The notes under the pieces: model-generated | What the model was told of the DNA's origin: nothing | Databases searched by the model: none | What the model saw: only the letters and a program-made list of their open reading frames with translations | Shown here: positions 59,049-64,000 of the stretch, in pieces | Numbering within the stretch: position 1 is the stretch's first letter | Layout: every line of letters begins with the position of its first letter | Position numbers and translations under genes: made by a program | Assembly: GCA_018713865.1 (NCBI GenBank) | Contig: DVOD01000046.1 | Location: forward strand, 249 to 64,248 | DNA length: 64,000 nt | Reading direction: 5' to 3' | From: Candidatus Limenecus avicola | GTDB lineage: Bacteria; Cyanobacteriota; Vampirovibrionia; Gastranaerophilales; Gastranaerophilaceae

Positions 59049-59177
59049 AGTCTTTTTTTCGCTATATTGATTCTAACACGCGCACGGCAAAATGAACATA
59101 TGACAAAGAGAATTAGCCCCTGTGTATAAATATGTATTTTAGGGTATTATGTATATGTAGACAAATTTGGAATTGGT

Positions 59178-61499
59178 ATGTCAGAAGAAAAGCAATGCGA
59201 TTACAGCTTTAATTTTAAACTGGATGACTTTCAAGAAGAGGCTCTTTTTCATATTAACAACGGTAAAAGTGTTGTTGTATGCGCGCCTACAGGTGCCGGA
59301 AAAACCTGTATTGCACAGATGGCAATACATAAGGCTCTTAAAGAAGGTACAAGGATTTTTTACACAACCCCTTTAAAAGCATTGTCAAACCAGAAGTTTA
59401 TGGACTTTGGTGCAAAATACGGCACAGACAGAGTCGGACTTTTGACAGGAGATACCTCCATAAACCGCAATGCACAGATTGTGGTTATGACAACAGAGGT
59501 TTTTAGAAACATGTTGTACGGTACCAATTTTGGTTCGGTTTCTGACAATTTAAAAGATGTAAGATATGTTGTGCTTGACGAAGTTCATTATATGAATGAC
59601 GAACAAAGAGGCACGGTGTGGGAAGAAAGCATTATTTACTGCCCCACAAATGTTCAAATCATAGCTCTTTCAGCAACAGTTGCAAACTCACAGCAGCTCA
59701 CAGACTGGATAAACACAGTACATTCTAGAACAGAGCTTGTATACACAGATTTTAGACCGGTGCCTTTGAGATATTATTATTACGACTCTTCAAAGCCCAA
59801 TGATATTCTCCCGTTGCTCACGCCCGAAGGCAGATTGAATAAGAAAATTAAGCCCGAGTCTAAAGCAAAACATTTCGGCAGAAAAGGCAAGACCCCGCAA
59901 AGACAGGTTGCAAAAGATGTTGTGTCTATTTTGCACAAAAAAAACATGCTGCCTGCAATTTATTTTACGTTTTCGCGCAAAAAATGCGATGAGCAGATGG
60001 AAAAATGTTCCGGCCTGTGCCTGACCACGCCCGATGAACAAAAAGAAATAAAAAGGATTGTAGACGAATATCTGGCTGAAAACCCGTACCTTTACAACAA
60101 CAAACACCTTGAATACGTCTTGTGCGGGGTGGCATCACATCATGCCGGACTTTTACCAGGGTGGAAAGTTTTAATCGAAAAGCTTTTTCAAAAAGGTTTA
60201 ATCAAAGTGGTTTTTGCAACAGAAACCCTTGCCGCCGGAATAAACATGCCTGCGCGCTCTACAGTAATCTCTGCTGTTTCAAAAAGAACAGACTCCGGCC
60301 ACAGAATGCTGACACCAAGCGAATTTTTGCAGATGTCAGGCCGTGCCGGCAGAAGGGGGATGGATGAGATAGGCTATGTTACGGTTGTGGGCACAGCTTT
60401 TCAGTCGCCGGAAGAAGTTGCAGAGCTTGTTACAAGTGATGCAAATCCGTTAGAAAGCCGATTCACGCCGACGTATTCAATGGTTTTGAACCTGCTACAA
60501 AGGTTTAATCTTGAAGAAGCAAAAGAGCTTATTTTAAAAAGTTTTGGTTATTATACTTCGACAACACGGCTTACTCCGTTAATTAAACAGCAAGAAGAGC
60601 TCAACAATGTAATTAACGGGATAAAAGAGTTTAAATGCCCGTTTGGCAGAACAACAGCAGACATGTTTGAGTACAACAAGCTCAAAAATATCTACGTTGA
60701 ACAAAGAAAAACTGCAAAAGTTTTAAGAAAGCAGATGAACAAAAAGAATGCTGAAAATGTCGATTATGTAAGAGATTTTGAGATAAAAACAAAAGAGCTG
60801 TTGCACAAAGTGCACTCATACCAGTGCGAAACTTGCAAACTATATAGAAAACACATTAAAGAGACAGAGCTCTTAGACAGGTTCCAAAAACGTGCAATGA
60901 AGCTTGAAAAAACAATTGAATACGAAAAAGACATCTACTGGAGAATCTTCCTCAACCACGTTGGTGTACTGAACAAAATGGGATATATTGAAAACAATTA
61001 CCCTAACGAAAAAGGTATGACAACAGCAGCAATAAGAGCTGAAAACGAGCTTTTCCTATCCGAGATAATATTCAGCGGAGTTTTAGACACGTTAAAGCCC
61101 GACGAGCTTGCTTCTGTAATTTGTGCAATAACAACAGAAGACCTGCGCGCTGATGTATACCCCGAGATACCAATCAGCAAAGGAACAAGAAAAGCGCTTA
61201 ACAGAATCAAAGACATCAGAAGAAGATTAACCATTATCCAGCGGGATTTTGATATTGAAACACCAATGTATATTAATTCTTATTACTCGCCTTTAATCGA
61301 ATACTGGGTCAATGGCGGAGAATGGGATGAGCTTATTGAACAGATTCCGGCCGGTGAAGGTGATGTTGTCAGATGTTTTAAACGAACAATTGATGTTTTA
61401 AGACAATTGACAGTTGTCCCCAACGTATCACAGGAGCTTGTTGAAACTGCAAGAGCAGCTATTGATGCAATTAACAGACAGCCTATAGACATAGATTAA
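59178..61499 (+). CDS. Ski2-like DEAD/DEAH-box helicase with a DSHCT-type C-terminal domain (HelY-like)
   Basis: Motif I CAPTGAGKT, motif II DEVH, motif III SAT, motif VI QMSGRAGRRG. C-terminal YSPLIEYWVNGGEWDEL. Confidence 0.85.
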   Translation: MSEEKQCDYSFNFKLDDFQEEALFHINNGKSVVVCAPTGAGKTCIAQMAIHKALKEGTRIFYTTPLKALSNQKFMDFGAKYGTDRVGLLTGDTSINRNAQIVVMTTEVFRNMLYGTNFGSVSDNLKDVRYVVLDEVHYMNDEQRGTVWEESIIYCPTNVQIIALSATVANSQQLTDWINTVHSRTELVYTDFRPVPLRYYYYDSSKPNDILPLLTPEGRLNKKIKPESKAKHFGRKGKTPQRQVAKDVVSILHKKNMLPAIYFTFSRKKCDEQMEKCSGLCLTTPDEQKEIKRIVDEYLAENPYLYNNKHLEYVLCGVASHHAGLLPGWKVLIEKLFQKGLIKVVFATETLAAGINMPARSTVISAVSKRTDSGHRMLTPSEFLQMSGRAGRRGMDEIGYVTVVGTAFQSPEEVAELVTSDANPLESRFTPTYSMVLNLLQRFNLEEAKELILKSFGYYTSTTRLTPLIKQQEELNNVINGIKEFKCPFGRTTADMFEYNKLKNIYVEQRKTAKVLRKQMNKKNAENVDYVRDFEIKTKELLHKVHSYQCETCKLYRKHIKETELLDRFQKRAMKLEKTIEYEKDIYWRIFLNHVGVLNKMGYIENNYPNEKGMTTAAIRAENELFLSEIIFSGVLDTLKPDELASVICAITTEDLRADVYPEIPISKGTRKALNRIKDIRRRLTIIQRDFDIETPMYINSYYSPLIEYWVNGGEWDELIEQIPAGEGDVVRCFKRTIDVLRQLTVVPNVSQELVETARAAIDAINRQPIDID

Positions 61500-61562
61500 T
61501 AATTGATTAGTAATAAAAAATTTGCTATTATTGTTCGGTGATTATTATGAAGGAGATTTACT

Positions 61563-61877
61563 ATGTCTGATGAAAAACTTTGTATTGGTGTATCCACACT
61601 TGGTGCTATTTTGTTAGGGTTTATTGCACCTCTCATTATTTACCTGACAAAAAAAGAACAACTCACTGAACCTGCAAAAAGTCTTGTTATAGGTGCATTG
61701 AATTTTGAAATTACATTAGCAATAGTGTCGATTATTGTATCATTAATTCCTTTTATCGGACTGTTGTTTGTTCTGTTAATTGCTTTATTCAACTGCATTA
61801 TTCTTATTATTGCTTTTGTTGCAGGCAACAAAGGTAATGAATATAAATTCCCTCTTACTTACAATTTTGTTAAGTAA
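61563..61877 (+). CDS. DUF4870-like small membrane protein
   Basis: Three TM segments, ALNFEITL block, C-terminal GNEYKFPLTYNF. Confidence 0.55.
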   Translation: MSDEKLCIGVSTLGAILLGFIAPLIIYLTKKEQLTEPAKSLVIGALNFEITLAIVSIIVSLIPFIGLLFVLLIALFNCIILIIAFVAGNKGNEYKFPLTYNFVK

Positions 61878-61902
61878 GATATTTTAATTATTTTTTAAAA
61901 AG

Positions 61903-61927
61903 GCTGTATCAAAAATACAGTCTTTTT
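61903..61927 (+). terminator. Intrinsic terminator
   Basis: GCTGTAT-CAAAA-ATACAGT followed by CTTTTT. Confidence 0.6.
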
Positions 61928-61988
61928 GTTATCTGATAGTGTATAATTTTAAGTATCAATAATAGTTTTAACATAACGGAGTGAGTAT

Positions 61989-62495
61989 ATGATTAAAGTA
62001 ATTTTGGACAGAAGAACAGTAAGAAAATACAAACAAGAACCCATTACTGATACAATCTTGGAACAAATTTTAAAAGCCGGTATGTATGCGCCATATGCAG
62101 CAAAAGAGATGCCGTTTCATTTTATTGTAATAAAAGACAGTAAAACACTTTCTGATTTAAAGGCTATTCATCCGTTTGGACAGCCTTTGGAAAAAGCACC
62201 TGTGGCCATAGTGGTTTGTGCAGACAAAAAATGTGAGCCCGTAGATGGGCTGCATGTTTCAGACTGCGCTGCTGCAACAGAAAATCTTATGCTCGCTGCC
62301 AAGGCTTTCAACTTAGGTTCGTGCTGGCTGGGACTTTATCCCTGGGAAAGTATCACTGAAAAAGTAAAAGAGTATTTTAAGCTACCCGATGATATTGCAC
62401 CATTCAGCATTATTACAATGGGTTATCCCAATGAAGAAGAAGAGCCAAGACCTGACAGATTTGACAAAACAAGAATTCATAATGAAAAATGGTAA
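61989..62495 (+). CDS. Nitroreductase-family protein
   Basis: RRTVRKY N-terminal motif and a typical 168-aa nitroreductase fold pattern (GSCWLG). Confidence 0.85.
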   Translation: MIKVILDRRTVRKYKQEPITDTILEQILKAGMYAPYAAKEMPFHFIVIKDSKTLSDLKAIHPFGQPLEKAPVAIVVCADKKCEPVDGLHVSDCAAATENLMLAAKAFNLGSCWLGLYPWESITEKVKEYFKLPDDIAPFSIITMGYPNEEEEPRPDRFDKTRIHNEKW

Positions 62496-62522
62496 AATAA
62501 TATATTAATAACAAAAAACTTA

Positions 62523-62545
62523 AAAGCCGCTTTTTAAGCGGCTTT
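62523..62545. terminator. Hairpin between the nitroreductase gene and tRNA-Arg (possibly bidirectional)
   Basis: AAAGCCGC-TTTTTAA-GCGGCTTT. Only short U tracts in either direction. Confidence 0.45.
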
Positions 62546-62551
62546 AAAAAA

Positions 62552-62625
<74 letters not shown>

Positions 62626-62733
62626 ATTTGATTTTTATAATAACTCAAATAAAATTTTTTGTAAAATTTTATTTTAATTCATTTTAAATTATTGTTGAAT
62701 TTGATATTACAAGATGGCTTATTTACGCCTATC

Positions 62734-62850
62734 CTATTTTTTTTGTTCAGCAATGTTTTTATCGTATTTAATAGAGCGGTAAACGCCGTACAAAACACCA
62801 CTAAATAATATACCAGTTGCAATTATTGTCAAAATTGTTTGACTATCCAT
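62734..62850 (-). CDS. 38-aa single-TM small protein (MDSQTILTIIATGILFSGVLYGVYRSIKYDKNIAEQKK)
   Basis: Hand translation. Its ATG lies inside the last codons of the upstream ORF (ATGGATAG overlap), which suggests translational coupling. Below the ORF-track cutoff. Confidence 0.4.
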   Translation of the reverse strand: MDSQTILTIIATGILFSGVLYGVYRSIKYDKNIAEQKK

Positions 62851-63103
62851 TTTTTTGCTCCATTTCATTTAATTTTTCTAACAGTTTATCACATGCTTCT
62901 TTTTTATCCCAGTACTTTAAGGTAAAGCAGAAAAATAGAATTGCACCCAAAATAGAAAACACAGCTTTCATAAAATTTAAGTCTGTTGATAACAGTGTTA
63001 CCGTTCCGCCACCGGTCAGAAATAAAGCACTCCATAACAAATTTACTTCATTAAGATAAACTTTTAAAGTTCTGTCTGTTATTTTAATTATATTTTTTTG
63101 CAT
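62843..63103 (-). CDS. 86-aa two-TM membrane protein
   Basis: TM segments LLWSALFLTGGGTVTLL and AVFSILGAILFFCFTL. A sigma-70-like promoter sits directly upstream. Confidence 0.5.
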   Translation of the reverse strand: MQKNIIKITDRTLKVYLNEVNLLWSALFLTGGGTVTLLSTDLNFMKAVFSILGAILFFCFTLKYWDKKEACDKLLEKLNEMEQKNG

Positions 63104-63109
63104 GTTTAT

Positions 63110-63137
63110 ATTTTATCATTATTTCAATCTCGGTCAA
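63110..63137 (-). promoter_or_regulatory. Sigma-70-like promoter (TTGACC-16 nt-TAAAAT) that would give a leaderless or near-leaderless mRNA
   Basis: The -10 ends 6 nt before the ATG at 63103, and there is no SD in between. Confidence 0.35.
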
Positions 63138-63220
63138 CATTCACCTACTTGAAAAATTTTACACTTCAAAGGATTATTATTGTGCAAAATATAGTAAAGC
63201 CAAAACCGGAAAAATCAGTA

Positions 63221-63685
63221 CTACCAATTTCTTTTATAAATATATTCCGGGCAATAGCCTGTTTTCATCATTTCATTATTTATGTTTATGTACTTTCCTT
63301 GAGGGTCTTTGTAATAAAATATACCAACAAGCCTGCTGTAGTGGTCAACGCCGGTGATTTCAAGATATATTTCTTTGTGTTTTCTTAAAATTTTTATCAT
63401 TTCTTGTTTTGCTTTTAAACCGCGTGAGATTATTTCATCATCTGTGAGACCTTTGTTGCGTTGATATTTTATGTGATTGTTGTCTGATGTTTCATAACAG
63501 TCAATGCCCGTTAATCGAACACTTGTGTTACGCTCTTTCAAACGTATTTTAACTGTGTCTCCGTCTATGACATAAGCAATTTGTGGCTTGATAAGATAAT
63601 TTTGATTAGCACATATCCCAATATTCGCCGATAAAAAAGCACAAACAGCGACAAAAATTTTTAATAAATGTTTATTCATAGGCAT
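63221..63685 (-). CDS. Secreted thermonuclease (staphylococcal nuclease/SNase-like)
   Basis: RBS AAGGAGG, then MPMNKHLLKIFVAVCAFLSANIGICA (signal peptide). SNase blocks VIDGDTVKI, VRLTGIDCYE and HYSRLVG. The track ORF's upstream 81 aa are discarded. Confidence 0.75.
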   Translation of the reverse strand: MPMNKHLLKIFVAVCAFLSANIGICANQNYLIKPQIAYVIDGDTVKIRLKERNTSVRLTGIDCYETSDNNHIKYQRNKGLTDDEIISRGLKAKQEMIKILRKHKEIYLEITGVDHYSRLVGIFYYKDPQGKYININNEMMKTGYCPEYIYKRNW

Positions 63686-63793
63686 TTTCCTCCTTAACAA
63701 TTCCACAATGATCATAATAGGATAAAACTTTATACATTGCAACGGCATGTTTGTCAATAGAATTAAATCATCCAATTCGGTATGATAAATTAA

Positions 63794-64000
63794 ATGTACA
63801 GTATTGAAGAAATATTTGGACATAGGGTAAAAGAACTGCGTAAATCCAGAAATCTTAGTCAACAAGATTATGCAGATTTTATTGGTGTGCATTATAAAAC
63901 TATATGGAGCATAGAAACTGGCAAGCATTCAGTACATTTTGACAATATAAAAAGAATTATTGATGCCGAAAATATTCCACCTATGTATCTCTTTATGACA
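63794..64000 (+). CDS. XRE-family HTH transcriptional regulator, 3' end cut by the window edge
   Basis: Hand translation: MYSIEEIFGHRVKELRKSRNLSQQDYADFIGVHYKTIWSIETGKHS... This is a classic Cro/C1-type HTH. It is open to the window end and divergent from the nuclease gene. Confidence 0.7.
   Translation, partial: MYSIEEIFGHRVKELRKSRNLSQQDYADFIGVHYKTIWSIETGKHSVHFDNIKRIIDAENIPPMYLFMT

Overview
Low-GC bacterial chromosomal window that is almost entirely housekeeping, densely packed on both strands. I found no rRNA, CRISPR array, transposase or integrase. The main landmark is an rpoB-rpoC1-rpoC2 operon in which beta-prime is genuinely split into two genes. The second gene carries a trigger-loop insertion of about 650 aa. 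Both traits are hallmarks of Cyanobacteriota and plastids. The window also holds four flagellin-family genes (three in tandem), type IV pilus parts (a PilM-PilN fusion, PilO, two prepilin-like proteins), LPS genes (lpxK, a GT9 heptosyltransferase), a DUF3326-like gene, and no photosynthesis genes. From this I infer a non-photosynthetic cyanobacterial sister lineage (Vampirovibrionia/Melainabacteria, Gastranaerophilales-like), which needs phylogenetic confirmation. Other content: dnaA, murC-murB-ddl-ftsQ, secA, adk-map, mnmE, trmFO, pth, a sigma-70 factor, rlmB, speB, nanE plus a ROK kinase, an HD-GYP protein, a Ski2-like helicase, and tRNA-Arg(CCG) and tRNA-Arg(ACG). I do not see a clear-cut novel multi-gene system. 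The items most worth a second look are: (1) CsrA-type GGA hairpins in the leaders of all three tandem flagellin genes; (2) a 613-aa glycine-rich protein with a prepilin-type N-terminus; (3) a tightly coupled hydrolase/DUF3326-like/pseudopilin operon; (4) a G-depleted CA-rich tract ending in a strong plus-strand terminator that abuts the dnaA stop codon; (5) a secreted-nuclease, small-membrane-protein and XRE module at the right edge. All product calls come from motif recognition by eye, because no searches could be run.
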